A stretch of DNA of 64,000 nt from Octopus vulgaris. Taxonomy: Eukaryota. The stretch's first letter is position 1; each line of letters opens with the position of its first letter. Below are positions 46,401-59,675 of this stretch, in pieces. The notes under the pieces are model-generated. The model made no database searches. It saw only the letters and a list, made by a program, of their open reading frames with translations, and had not been told where the DNA came from. The translations under genes were made by a program, and so were the position numbers. The DNA lies in contig OX597816.1 in the NCBI GenBank assembly GCA_951406725.2, positions 101,742,001 through 101,806,000 of the forward strand, written 5' to 3'.

Positions 46401-48359
46401 CTTTTATTTGCACTTGAGACAGAGATAGATAAAATAATGTATTTTTCTTTTGGCCTTTGGGGTGGGGGTGTCTGGAAACAGACAATTTTTGTAAGAATGG
46501 GAACCTACATGAATAAAGAAAATAACTCAATAAATCAAAGGCCTCTCTAAATTTAGATAAGAGATGATGTACTGAAAGCATACGTAAAAAATTATAAATT
46601 GAAATTTCGGCGTTTCTTCGTTTGCATGAGCTTGTAAAAGTGAAAGTAGAGATTTGAGGCAAAATTTGTTTTTGTTTTTTGGAGGTGGGGTTGTTTTGTT
46701 TGTTTTTTCTTTATCTGTTTAGAACCATTACATTGCGAGTATTGCATCATCGTTTTGTACTAGTATATCACCTTTGAGAGTAAAAATTGGTCAGCATGAT
46801 TCTTGTTAAGGTTGAGAGAGTTTGAAGCAAAAGGTGGCAGGTACTTTTTTTCAAGATATTTTTCCTAAACTTTGACCTGTTTATAATTGCGGTTGCTAAT
46901 AAAATATGTGGATAATTTTTGGTGTTTAACAATCAAAATTCTTTTCCCTGTTGGATTCCAAATCAATTTTTTCCCAACACCAATGTCTAATTTGATCATT
47001 TCCAATTTTCAAAAACTGCCTAATTGAGGCAAAATGAGTAATGACTAATTTCAATAATTTCTTCTCTTTAACTGCATGATGCGTAAATATATCAGGAAGA
47101 GAGCCACTCAAGAATATCATGAAGAAGCTACAGAGAATATTTTATGCTGAGTTTTTAGATTTACACAAATTTTAATTTCTTATTATGTGCCATTTTTCCA
47201 CAATACTCTTTCATCTGACCTGGATATTTTAAATTTTTGTGACATTTCTGAGCTTTCCGATGTCTAAGGATGGATATTAATGTGTATGAGTCTTTTCAAA
47301 TGTAATTCCAGAAAAATGAAGAGCCAAAATTACCTTATTTTATCTTACTCATTTTGCCCCACCTCCCTAAATTTGTCTTTTGTATGCTCAAAAATGAGGG
47401 GGTAATTTTCTGAAATAGTGTTCTGAATACGTTATAGTGTTTTTAATGCATTCAGAGAAGATCATTTATTTCGATCATATTGTTTTTATAAGGTAGAGAA
47501 CATTTGTAAATAAATTTTTTTTTTTATGAAAGTCAAAAATGCAGTAAATGTTACTCATTGCCTCCCACCCACCCAGCTTATTTACTTTGTCAGAAACAGG
47601 TATTTTCTAAGCCGAAAATTGAAAATATTTTCCCTTTGAAAAAAATTTTTGGTGAGGTAAAATGGGATAGTGTTTTCATAAATGAAACTTTGAATATTAT
47701 GAATAAAGCCCTAATTTTCCAGAAAACTAATTGTGTCCCATGCATTTGCTGTAAATCATTCTATCTTGTATTGATATTCAATACACTAGGGTATTTAATT
47801 ACCCGTTATTGTTTAGGAATGTATTCAATATATTTGAAGGATTCAACTTCAATAATAATAATGGGCAAGACCCCCCCCCAAAATAAACACCCTTTTTAAC
47901 GTCTTTTTTTTCGAAACAAACCCCACTTTTCACCCACAGGGAATACAAATCAGCAAAAAAATTGGCAAAAATCGGTATCATGTGAAGTCCCACAAATAGA
48001 ATTCAAATTCGCAAAAGTTTTCTAAAAACTCTGGAAAATATAAAAAGTTATGAGCAGTTATATGTTGTGCATAATTCTGTGGTTTCATATCAAAACTCAA
48101 GTGCTATTTTCAGGATGTTGACCAATTGTGCTGTCACGCACAAAATGACAGCTTTGAAATTGTATTTCTTGACTGGGTGAAAATGATCAAACTTTAAACC
48201 TCTATAACTTTTTTAAAACATTTTTCTGGAAAAAAAGTTGAATAACTCCAGAAATTTAGCTTAGAAAGGTACATTAATGTACCAAATTTTAAAATTTTCA
48301 ATAAACTTTAATTTATGAAATGCTGGCAGCCAAACGAACTAGATCCATATTTGCTCCAG

Positions 48360-48610
48360 TAAACTATTTACAATCATTGCACAATGACATAGTGGAGCGA
48401 TTTCAAGATGTTTTTGCCCTGAGTATTCCAAATTGGTATAGCTATCCATTTGAGGTTGATGTAGTCGATTGTGAGGATGATGTTCAGGAGGAATTGATAG
48501 AATTACAAAATGACAATGACATCACAATGCGATACCGCTGTAATGGCATTCTTTTTGGTACCCTCAGAGTATATTGAATTCCAACCCCAATCTGTGGAAA
48601 CGTTTGAAAT
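48360..48610 (+). pseudogene. hAT (Buster/Charlie-type) transposase fragment
   Basis: LQSLHNDIVERFQD...W...PFEVD...QEELIELQND, frameshift, then FWYPQSILNSNPNLWK. Confidence 0.75.
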
Positions 48611-49049
48611 TTGTAAGCAACCACATATTTAGTCCAAACAGGGCAGCCTGCTCAGTCTTTCATCATGGAAAAAACTTACTTTCAATAAGGTACTTTCACT
48701 TTCCAGAATCCCTGGTTAATAAAGGAGCACTAAAACTTAATAACTGGGAAAGAAAAAAATTCAGTGGTAATTGTTCACAACTCTCAAAGAAAAAGGGAGA
48801 TAATTGCATGAGATTAATTGCTTTCAAAATTAATTTTCATGTTTAGGGGAAAATTTGAAGGCAAGAGGACAAGGAAGTTTTATATAAATCATTCAGTTTA
48901 TTACTCCTTCATTTTCCCAAACTTATGTCGTTGGCTCATTTAAATTAACTCACATATCATGAAAACCCACTTGTCTCCTGCACATGCATATGTGGTATGT
49001 TCTTCCTATACATAAATATATGAAGAACGTACAATGCCCCTTCCTCAAT

Positions 49050-49659
49050 ACTACTACCCCACCCTAGCTGTGTAAAGAAGTGCCGACCTCTGTGTAGGGA
49101 ACCTGTGGAAGAGGCAGACCCAGGAAGACATGGGACAAGGTGGTGAAGCATGATATTTGAATGTTTGGCCTCACAGAAGCAATGACTAGTGATGAGACCT
49201 TTGGTGATATGCCATGCTTGAGGAGACCCGTCAAGCCAAGTGAAATTATAGTTGTAGCTGGTGCCAGTGTCATGTAACTGGCACCCACACCAGTGGTACA
49301 TAAAACGCACCTTTTGAGCATTGGGCCTCACAGAAGCAATGTGACCAATGCCAGTGTCATGTAACAAGCACCCATGCTAACGGCACATAAAAAGCACCTT
49401 TGAAGCACTGGGCCTCAGAGAGGCAATGATAAATGACTGAGACCTTTGGCAATATGCTGTGCTTGAGAAGAACACTCAACAGACCAAATGAAACTGTAGT
49501 CATGGCAGATACTGGTTGCACATAAAAGCATCCATTACACTCTGAGAGTGGTTGGTGTTTGGAAGGGCATCCAGCCATAGAAACAATGCCAAATCAGACT
49601 GGATTCTTTTGCAGCCCCTCAGCTTACCAGCTCTAATCAAACCATCCAACCCATTCCAG

Positions 49660-49662
<3 letters not shown>
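49050..49662 (+). mobile_element. Older RTE 3' fragment
   Basis: [16 protein letters not shown]-encoding sequence plus 3'UTR and tail. Confidence 0.75.
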
Positions 49663-49710
<48 letters not shown>

Positions 49711-49713
<3 letters not shown>

Positions 49714-50820
49714 GCATGTTGGACGACATGCTGGGTGCTTCCATGGCGTACATGGAGGCTACGGTTATGGTTCCCGCAACGAGGCAGGAACCAGGCTGCT
49801 GCAGTTCTGCAAGGCAGACAGTATGATGCATGTGTACGAACAACCATGCTACATGGTAGTGAAACACGGGCTGTGACTGCTGAGGATATGCGTAAGCTCG
49901 CAAGAAATGAAGCCAGTATGCTCCGATGGATGTGTAATGTCAGTGTTCATAATCGACAGAGTGTAAGTACCTTGAGAGAAAAGTTGGACCTAAGAAGCAT
50001 CAGTTGTGGTGTGCAAGAGAGACGTTTGCGCTGGTATGGTCATGTGACGAGAATGGCTGAAGATAGTTGTGTGCAAAAGTGCCACACCCTAGCGGTTGAG
50101 GGAACCAGTGGAAGAGGTAGACCCAGGAAAACCTGGGACGAGGTGGTGAAGCACGACCTTCGAACTTTAGGTCTCACCAAGGAAATGACTAGAGACCAAG
50201 ACCTATGGAAGTATGCTGTGCATGAGAAGACCCGGCAAGACTAGTGAGACCATAACCCGTGGCCTCTACCTGGTATGTAGCCAGTCGACTTATACATACC
50301 TTTCCTTCTTGAGACACAAAACTCCACTTGTGAAGACCCGTTGAGGCAAGTGAAAATCAAAATCAAAATCAAACCAAATCAAATCAGAAAGCAGAACCAA
50401 AATCGAAGTCGATCAACATCAATGGAAATTGCAGCTGTGATACCAGTGCCGGTGACAAGTAAGTGAACCATCCGATCGTGGCCGTTGCCAGCGCCGCCCC
50501 GACTGGCCCCCGTGCCAGTGGCACATAAAAAGCACCATCCGTTCGTGGCCATTGCCAGCCTCGCCTGGCCCCCGTGCCGGTGGCACATAAAAAGCACCAT
50601 CCGTCCATGGCCGTTTGCCAGCTCCGTCTGGTACCTGTGCGGGTGGCACGTAAAAAGTACCCACTACACTCATGGAGTGGTTGGCGTTAGGAAGGGCATC
50701 CAGCCGTAGAAACACTGCCAGATCAGACTGGGCCTGATGCAGCCTTCTGGCTTCACAGACCCCAGTTGAACCGTCCATCCCATGCTAGCATGGAAAGCGG
50801 ACGCTAGATGATGATGATGA
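49711..50820 (+). mobile_element. RTE LINE with large internal deletion (EN fragment joined to RT C-terminus and 3'UTR)
   Basis: 49712-49810 encodes GHVGRHAGCFHGVHGGYGYGSRNEAGTRLLQFC; 49811-50244 closely matches 7337-7772; (GAT)n tail. Confidence 0.88.
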
Positions 50821-51954
50821 TATATATATATAGTGTATTTGTGTCTTCCTTTCTCTTCATCACATGAAAGCTGTGTGAATGAGTATCACTCATACAAGTG
50901 GTGTCATTCATTCCCAATATTCTGCAAGCCATGGGGAATATTACCTTACTTGAAACAAGTGAGGGTGGCAATAGGAAGGGCATCCAGCCATAGAAAATCA
51001 ATCTCAATAAACTTTGTCCGACCCATGCAAGCATGGAAAAGTTGATGTTAAATGAGGATGATGAAGATGATAATGATGTATATCATCACTAACAAATCTA
51101 TAGAATGCTGTATCCATCTCTAAAAGTGTAACATTCATTCTTTTTTTTGAGTATATTTAATGTTGCATTTCTGTGTACTTGATATTGAAAATGAAACCTC
51201 ATATTATATTTACATATCAGGATCAATATAACTTAACTAACTGGATTTATCAATCAGTTGAGAATTTGAATCGCTATCTCACATTTTTAGCTTATTTTTT
51301 ATCAAATACGTATTTCTTCTACAAACCTCTGCTTTTTCTGAACTAACTAATTGTATACCATCTCAAATCTGACCCAGAAAACTAAATACTTTAATGTATT
51401 TAGATTGATGCACTACCATTTCTGTTAATTCAGTGTCTTTTGAATAGAAACTGGGAAGTTGTTATAGTAATATAATTGCTCTGAGGTGCTAACAATGCTG
51501 TGGTTAAACTATCAATTATTTTTTGACTTGGCATAAAGTTCTCCAATAATTTTAAGAAAAAGAAAATGGGTATCCATGACAACCGTTACTCTTGAATTGG
51601 CAACATACATAAAAGAGCTCTGACAGGCAAATAAACTCAGACTGCAGGATTGTTTCCTGAAAACATACTGATGTCAGCTACAATATGCCAGCTCATAACT
51701 GTACTGATTGGTTCTATGACTTTTGAGGAACAAGATCTGTAGAGAAGTTCCTTTCAATCCAGTTTCAATTCACAGTTGCAGCTAAATTGTTTCATATGAG
51801 TTGAGGAAAGGCATCATCATCATCATCGTATTTTGTTTCCTCTTCACCTGGACTTAAGTGTACTAAGTGCAGAAAATACATAAAATATGAGTACTTCACT
51901 TTTTTGCATCTATAGATGAAATTTGTTGTTTAATCCTTGGTCAATCCCGATCAA

Positions 51955-54162
51955 TCTCTATATATAAAACTGAAATGCGTTTTTACCGCTTGGATCGCTT
52001 TCAAGGCCACTACATCCCGTCGGATTCACTCCAAAATTTACAGGGACATGTAAAATGAGGTGACAATGCCCGTGGGCTACCTTAGAAATCCCTATCTTAA
52101 AAGGTGTCATTGCTAGGGGCCAAAAACCTACTTTGACAAGTCCACTCCCGTTCTTTTACGTATGTCTTCCTCACTCGCTCACACTATTTCCTCCATACCC
52201 CTCTAACTCCCCTTCAGTTTCCCTTTATAAGTTCGTCAATCGGCGTTCTTTTATGTATCTGTCTGCATTCATAGAGAGAATTATCATCGTCACCACCAAC
52301 AGACGAGCAGAGAACAAATATTATGAATCAGATATTTCTTGCGTTCATTTATATATGTGTGTGTGTGTGTGTTCTATATATAAATATGTATATATAATGT
52401 ATATATACAAAGTGTATATATCTGTATTTACCCACTTTGACAAGTCCACTCTCATTCTTTTATGTATCTGTCTTCCTCACTCACGCTATTTCCTCCATTC
52501 CCCTCTAACTCCCCTTCAGTTTCCCTTTATAAGTTCGTCAATCGGCGTTCTTTTATGTATCTGTCTGCATTCATAGAGAGAATTATCATCGCCATGAACA
52601 ACACACGAGCATGAGAACAAATATTATGAATCAGATATTTCTTGCGTTCATTTATATGTGTGTGTGTGTGTGTGTGTTCTATATATAAATATGTATATAT
52701 AATGTATATATACAAAGTGTATATATCTGTATTTATGTATATTAAACTTTTTAATACTTTTTCATAGTTATATATATTTTTAAACAAATTATAAATATAA
52801 TTTAATAATTTTTATTCTAAATTTAAATAATTTAGATTTTTCAATTTTATATATTATATTTTTATTTTTATGTTTTTCGTTTTTCACTGTTTGATTTGCA
52901 TATTAGTGGTTTTATCTCTAATTTAATTTATACATATATATATATATAATTTGTATATATAATGCATGCACACACACACACTCATATATATATATAATGT
53001 GTGCATTATGTGGTCGGTCGGTTCAGCTGAAAATATGCACACCTATGTTAAAAGTGCTGGCAAGTTTGCACGACAACTATTTTTTTCCTCAAATGAAAGG
53101 CGTCACCTCTAGGACAAAATTCCTCATCTTTTAAAATGTGGACCCAGTAGACCCGAATGAAATCGGGATATATTAACGAAAATGTGAAAAGGGGTCTAAA
53201 TGGGGCTGGAAGGGGATTAAAATTTAAAGGAGCGAGTGTTTAGGAATTCTCTGTTACATCAAGCTAAAAAATTTGCGCCAGCCTTTTAATCGTCAATGTG
53301 TTGCCGTCCATGATGAAGAAGTTTTGAATGCTTGCCATGGTGAGTCTACTGTCATGAGAAAGAATCACTTCAAAACTTGGTGTTTAGGAATTTTCTTTTA
53401 CATCAAGTTCAAAATTTTATGCCAGCCGTTAAACTGTCAATACATTGCTGTCCGTCGTTAAGAAATGCCAGCCATGGTGACTCTACTATCCTCAGATTCT
53501 ATCCCTTCAAACTTTGGTTTCCAATATTTTATTATTTTTATTCAGCTCACAAGTTCGTCTGTCCCATTTAAATGTTAGCGTTTTGCTGTCAGCCTTGAAG
53601 CAGACCTTTCCATTGCCACTGCCTGATATTTATGATTGATCTTTCTAAATATTTTATTTCTCAACTTACTCAAGATCTTTTGTTGTTTATAAATGGGAGA
53701 GAGATAGATAAAGATAGAGAGTAAGAGAAAGCGAGGGAGAGTCCGAGAGAAAAGAAAAGTAAGAGAGAGAAACAAAGAGGGAGATTCATCATCATCATCA
53801 TCGTTTAACGTCCGTTTTCCGTGCTAGCATGGGTTGGACAGTTTGACCGATGTCTGGGAAGCCAGGAGGCTGCACCAGGCTCCAGTCTGATCTGGCAGTG
53901 TTTCTACAGGTGGATGACCTTCCTAACGCCAACCACTCTGTGAGTGTAGTGGGTGCTTTTTCGTGCCGCCTGCACAGGTGCCAGGGGGGATCGCAGCGGC
54001 AACGATCAGTTGGTGCTTTTTACGTGCCACCGGCACAGAAGCCAGTCAAGGCAGCGCTGCAATCGGCCACGTTCGGATGGTGCTTTTTACGTGCTGAAAG
54101 GAAGCAACAGAAAGTAACAACCACACTCTTACCCGCGCGTAGAGCGGGTCACCTTCAGCTAG
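51955..54162 (+). mobile_element. Non-autonomous Helitron, copy 1 of tandem dimer
   Basis: A|TCTCTATATATAAAA start; 3' hairpin ACCCGC-gcgtaga-GCGGGT (54131-54149); CTAG end. Confidence 0.88.
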
Positions 54163-56271
54163 TCTCTATATATAAAACTGAAATGCATTTTTACTGCTTG
54201 GATCGCTTTCTAGGCCACTACATCCCATCCGATTCACTCCAAATTTTACAGGGACATGTAAAATGAGGTGACGATGCCCGTGAGCTACCTTAGAAATCCC
54301 TATCTTAAAAGGTGTCGTTGCTAGGGCCAAAAACCCACTTTGACAAGTCCACTCTCGTTTTTTAATGTATCTGTCTTCCTCAACTCACTCTCGCTATTTC
54401 CTCTCTTCCCAGCACTTTTTCACTCACTCTGTTTCCTACCTTCCCATCACATCGGCGTTCCTTTATGTATCTGTCTGCATTCATAGAGAGACAAAAACCC
54501 ACTTTGTCAAGTCCCCTCCCGTTCTTTAATGTATCTGTCTTTCTCAACTCACTCTCGCTATTTCCTCTCTTCCCAGCACTTTTTCACTCACTCTGTTTCC
54601 TACCTTCCCATCACTTTGGCGTTCTTTTATGTATCTATCTGCATTCATAGAGAGAATTATTATCGCCACGAACAACACACGAGCATGAGAACAAATATTA
54701 TGAATCAGATATTTCTTGCGTTCATTTATATGTGTGTGTGTGTGTGTTCTATATATATAAATATGTATATATAATATATGTGTGTATGTGTGTGTTCTAT
54801 ATATAAATATGTATATATACAAAGTGTATATATCTGTATTTATGTATATTAAACTTTTTAATACTTTTTCATAGTTATATATATTTTTAAACAAATTATA
54901 AATATAATTTAATAATTTTAATTTTAAATTTAAATAATTTAAATTTTTCAATTTTATATATTTTCTATATTATATTTTTATGTTTTTGTTTTTCGTTTTT
55001 CTCTGATTTGCCTATTAGTGGTTTTATCTCTAATTTAATTTATACATATATATATATATATATATAATTTGTATACATTTGTATATATAATGCATGCACA
55101 CACACACACTCATATATATATATAATGTGTGCATTATGTGGTCGGTCACTTCAGCTGAAAATATGCACACCTATGTTAAAAGTGCTGGCAAGTTTGCCCG
55201 ACAACTATTTTTTTCCTCAAATGAAAGGCATCACCTCTAGGACAAAATTCCTCATCTTATAAAATGTGGCCCCAGTAGACCCGAATGAAATCGGGTTATA
55301 TTAACGAAAATGTGAAAAGTGGTCTAAATGGGGCTGGAAGGGGATTAAAATTTAAAGGAGCGAGTGTTTAGGAATTCTCTGTTACATCAAGCTAAAAATT
55401 TGCACCAGCCTTTTAATCGTCAATGTGTTGCCATCCATGATGAAGAAGTTTTGAATGCTTGCCATGGTGAGTCTACTGTCGTGAGAAAGAATTACTTCAA
55501 AACTTGGTGTTTAGGAATTTTCTTTTACATCAAGTTCAAAATTTTACGCCAGCCGTTAAACTGTCAATACGTTGCTGTCCGTCGTTAAGAAATGCCAGCC
55601 ATGGTGACTCTACTATCCTCAGATTCTATCCCTTCAAACTTTGGTTTCCAATAATTTATTATTTTTATTCAGCTCGCAAGTTCGTCTGTCCCTTTTAAAT
55701 GTTAGCGTTTTGCTGTCAGCCTTGAAGCAGACCTTTCCGTTACTACTGCCTGATATTTATGATTGATCTTTCTAAATATTTTATTTCTCAACTTACTCAA
55801 GATCTTTTGTTGTTTATAAATGGGAGAGAGATAGATAAAGATAGAGAGTAAGAGAAAGTGAGGGAGAGTCCGAGAGAAAAGAAAAGTGAGAGAGAAACAA
55901 AGAGGGAGAATCATCATCATCATCATCATCGTTTAACGTCCGTTTTCCGTGCTAGCATGGGTTGGACAGTTTGACCGGGTTCTGGGAAGCCAGGAGGCTG
56001 CACCAGTGTTTCTACAGGTGGATGACCTTCCTAACGCCAACCACTCTGTGAGTGTAGTGGGTGCTTTTTTCGTGCTGCCTGCACAGGTGCCAGGGGAGCT
56101 CACAGCTACCACGATCGATTGGTGCTTTTTACATGCCACCGGCACAGAAGCCAGTCAAGGCGGCGCTGCAATTGGCCACGTTCGGATGGTGCTTTTTACG
56201 TGCTGAAAGGAAGCAACAGAAAGTAACAACCACACTCTTAACTGCGCATAGAGCGGGTCACCTTCAGCTAG
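54163..56271 (+). mobile_element. Non-autonomous Helitron, copy 2 of tandem dimer
   Basis: Starts immediately after the CTAG of copy 1; ends with a degenerate hairpin and CTAG|T; no TSD. Confidence 0.88.
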
Positions 56272-57778
56272 TCAGATTTATAATCAAAAGTATTCCAACT
56301 GTGGCTATTTCATTATCTCAGGCATAACATCTAAACCACATGATCTAATGCAGTTCCTTTTTTTAAAACAGTAGGATTTGTCACTATCATCCCACAATTC
56401 TGCCTTACTTTCTTACTAAATCTATCTCAATGTCAATAGAGGGGTATGGGGATAACACATTCATTCAACCCATTTTACATCTTGTAAAGTCGTTGGAGTA
56501 ATTGATTCTACTGAAGAGATCATCTGAACTCTCACAAACGACATTTCAATAAACAGTCTTACTATCATTGAGAGGAAATTCCTGTTTTTATTGTAATCAA
56601 AGTTTCTGCTACTTGTTGATTAGATGTTTTCTTTTGAACCTTCTATGCCAAAGAGTCCAAGCTGTACATTTCTGACTGGTTGTGTTTGATGATTATTTAA
56701 GTATTTTTTCATTGTAGGAAATCTTAATTACTTATGAAACTGTTGGCTAACTTTTGGTTCTATATGGAGCTTAATTAATAATACAGTATAATACAAGTGG
56801 ATTGTTATGATAAGATACTTGTTTTGAGTTGAGTTGATGCCAATGAATGCAAGAACACAAATTCCATTTAGGATTTTAAAAGTGAACATATTTATTTTCA
56901 TACTAAACTATGTATTTTTGTTACTATTAATGACAGAAAAGTTGTTTGCATCAAATTAGATCCTTCAAAGTTTGTTTGAGATTTTGTTTGATCAGTAATA
57001 ACGGTAGCTGTCACCATGTGCTTATAACAGCAAACTGGTTAAAGCTGCATTGTCATCCTTGTTCATTGGTGTTGGCTGACTTACGGACACTGCTTACAGC
57101 TTGTAGAGAGACAGCTCTGTTTATAGACAATGTTTCCATCAAGTTAAAAAGATGTGGAGAAACAACTTGTTGATAAGATCCTGTCATATCAGATGTCCAA
57201 ATGGTCAGTTCCTTAATGATGTCATCAATAATTGAGTGAATCATGTTTGTGTTGACAAAAAGATCTCTACCAGACATCTATTGACTAGATATGTGCTCAT
57301 GCCATCGATTTTTAACACAAATTTTGATTGTTGAAATTTGGCAATCCAGTTTTGATTCGTAGGTGTTTTGCAACTGCCAAATATTCTGGCTACAGGATTA
57401 ACATGGTTGTAATCAACAGTTGCATGGTGATGAAATTATGTCTGTAGACATTAATTTAGATCCCAATAATCTATGTACAACCCAGTGAGTTTCAGACATA
57501 GCTTTTATATTTTTTACAAACATTTCTTCAACGTCAGAAATTACTAAATTCTGAAAAGAAAAAAAGTTTAAAATTTTGATTATATTTTAAGCAAATTACG
57601 TTAAAACATTAAAGGCAGTTATCTGAACCCTGACAACGCCGGGTATTTCAAACTTTTTGTGGCGTAGTTGATGTAACACTTAGCAAAAAGTTAAGTCAGC
57701 TTTCGTTTAAAAAATGTTATCTAGTTCATCTGAAGCAATGCAAACTGGGTCCAGCTCCCTAGTGGATGTACCTAAATG

Positions 57779-57863
57779 GGTGAAGGTAAAGAATACGCAT
57801 ACCCGGTGTTTAGGGTTAGGATTACGCTGAAAACGGGTGGTGTGCGTATTCTTTACATCCGCC
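57779..57863. mobile_element. Merlin-like MITE, same family as 46206-46304
   Basis: GGTGAAGGTAAAGAATACGCA...TTAGGGTTAGG...TGCGTATTCTTTACATCCGCC; flanks CCTAAATG/CTTAAATA. Confidence 0.65.
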
Positions 57864-57871
57864 CTTAAATA

Positions 57872-59675
57872 CAGTTGCGGCCAACATGTTCAGAACGGCA
57901 TTGTTTTCGTCAGAAAAGTAGGTATAAGTTTTTATCAAAGTTGTTTTATATTCTATGATTTTCACAGACAATAAATACGATATTAATTGTTATTGTCTTA
58001 GATTTTGGTGTAATTTGAGAGGATAATACAAAAGTTATGGATGATTTAGTGATTTACTGCAAAACCCATGGCGGCCAAAATGATCAGAACGGTTGAAAAA
58101 ATAACAAAATAATCAAAAATGACAGAGAATACTGGAATTATTTAATATTTAATGTGAAGCCCTTTAGCTTCAATCACACTTTGACATCTTCGACTGCATG
58201 AGGAAATTAAATTTTCAATTTCTTGCTGGGTGATCTTATTCCATTCTTCCTGAAGGGCATTCCATAATTGCTCGGTTGTTTTAGGATTTCTGGCTTTAGA
58301 ACGTTCTCCAAGAATATTCCACGCATTTTCAATAGGATTGAGATCTGGGCTTTGAGCAGGCCAATCCATAACAATAACCTTTTCAGCCTTGAGGAAGTTC
58401 ATGAACACCTTAGCCTTGTGACATAGGACATTGTCCTGCATGAATATGGGGTGGTCGCTTAGTTGAATTTCTCAGCAGAGGCAAGACATGATCTTTTACA
58501 AGTTGTTTATAAACTCCTGCATTTACCTTTCCGTGTAATCGCACCAAAGAGCCCACACCATCTCCAGATATCATCCCCCAAACCATGACACTTCCTCCAC
58601 CGAATTTAACACTAGTCTTAAGGAATTTAGGCGACAATTTTTCACCTACTTTTCAACGAACGTACCTTTTCCCGTCTGAGCCAAATAGCATAAACTTAGA
58701 TTCATCACTGAAATGCACCGTTTGCCATTTTTTTTGAGACCAAAACACATGCTCGGTTGCAAAGGTAAGATGACACTTTTTATTCTTGGAGCTTATCAGT
58801 GGCTTCACTGCAGGTTATTTTGCTTGTAAGGTCATGTTCAACTAAACGACGAGACACAGTTTTTCGAGATAAAGTTTTCTTCAGTACAATGCTCATTTCC
58901 CGAGAAACAGCAGCAGCAGTTTTAAATCTGCCCTTTTTAACCAACTTTACCATAGTACGATCTTCTCTCTTGGTCGTTTTTCTTGGCCTACCTGTAGACT
59001 TTCTTGCTTCACACGAACCACAATCATCGTAGACCTTAAGAATACCGTGTACAACACTTTTTGACTTGTTAACAATCTTTGCAATAGACCGAATACTTAA
59101 ATTATTCTTCTTTCGAAGCTTAATAATCTGCTGACGAATTGGTAACGGAGTAAGTGCTCTTACTTGTAGGTCATGTTCAACTAAACGACGAGACACAGTT
59201 TTTCGAGATAAAGGTTTTTTCAGTTCAATGCTCATTTCCCGAGAAACAGCAGCAGCAGTTTTAAATCTGCCCTTTTTAACCATCTTTACCATAGCATGAT
59301 CTTCTCTCTTGGTCGTTTTTCTTGGCCTACCTGTAGACTTTCTTGCTTCACACGAACCACAATCATCGTAGACCTTAAGAATACCGTGAACAACACTTTT
59401 TGACTTCTTAACAAGCCCTGCAATAGACCCAATACTTAAATTATCCTTCTCTCGAAGCTTAATAATCAGCTGACGAATTGGTAACGGAGTAAGTGGCATT
59501 ATATTAACAAAGTACACTGCAGATAGTGTTACGGCGATCCTTCGGTGTAAGTACCGGAAGTGGCTTTGTTTACATTTCTGAAGATAACAGTAACCCTTTT
59601 CGCCCACCCCTAAAAAATCTTATACCTACTTTTCTGACGAAAACAATGCCATTCTGAACATTTTGGCCGCAACTG
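57872..59675 (-). mobile_element. Tc1-family DNA transposon (DD34E), defective
   Basis: TA|CAGTTGCGGCCAA... about 57-bp TIRs ...TTGGCCGCAACTG|TA; transposase motifs GRPRKT, FSDESKF, GGGSVMVWG, QDN...SPDLNPIE with 34 residues between D and E. Confidence 0.95.
58142..59499 (-). pseudogene. Tc1 transposase with frameshifts and a stop, and a duplicated N-terminal domain
   Basis: Three ORF fragments in different frames; 339-bp internal direct repeat. Confidence 0.9.

Noticed and set aside
46900-48320. Coding gene in the AT-rich block
   Set aside because: Only short low-complexity ORFs; looks like decayed DNA-transposon sequence but the ends could not be defined
51955-56271. Assembly artefact explaining the 2.2-kb duplication
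   Set aside because: Boundaries coincide exactly with Helitron termini and the copies differ by many substitutions and distinct internal duplications
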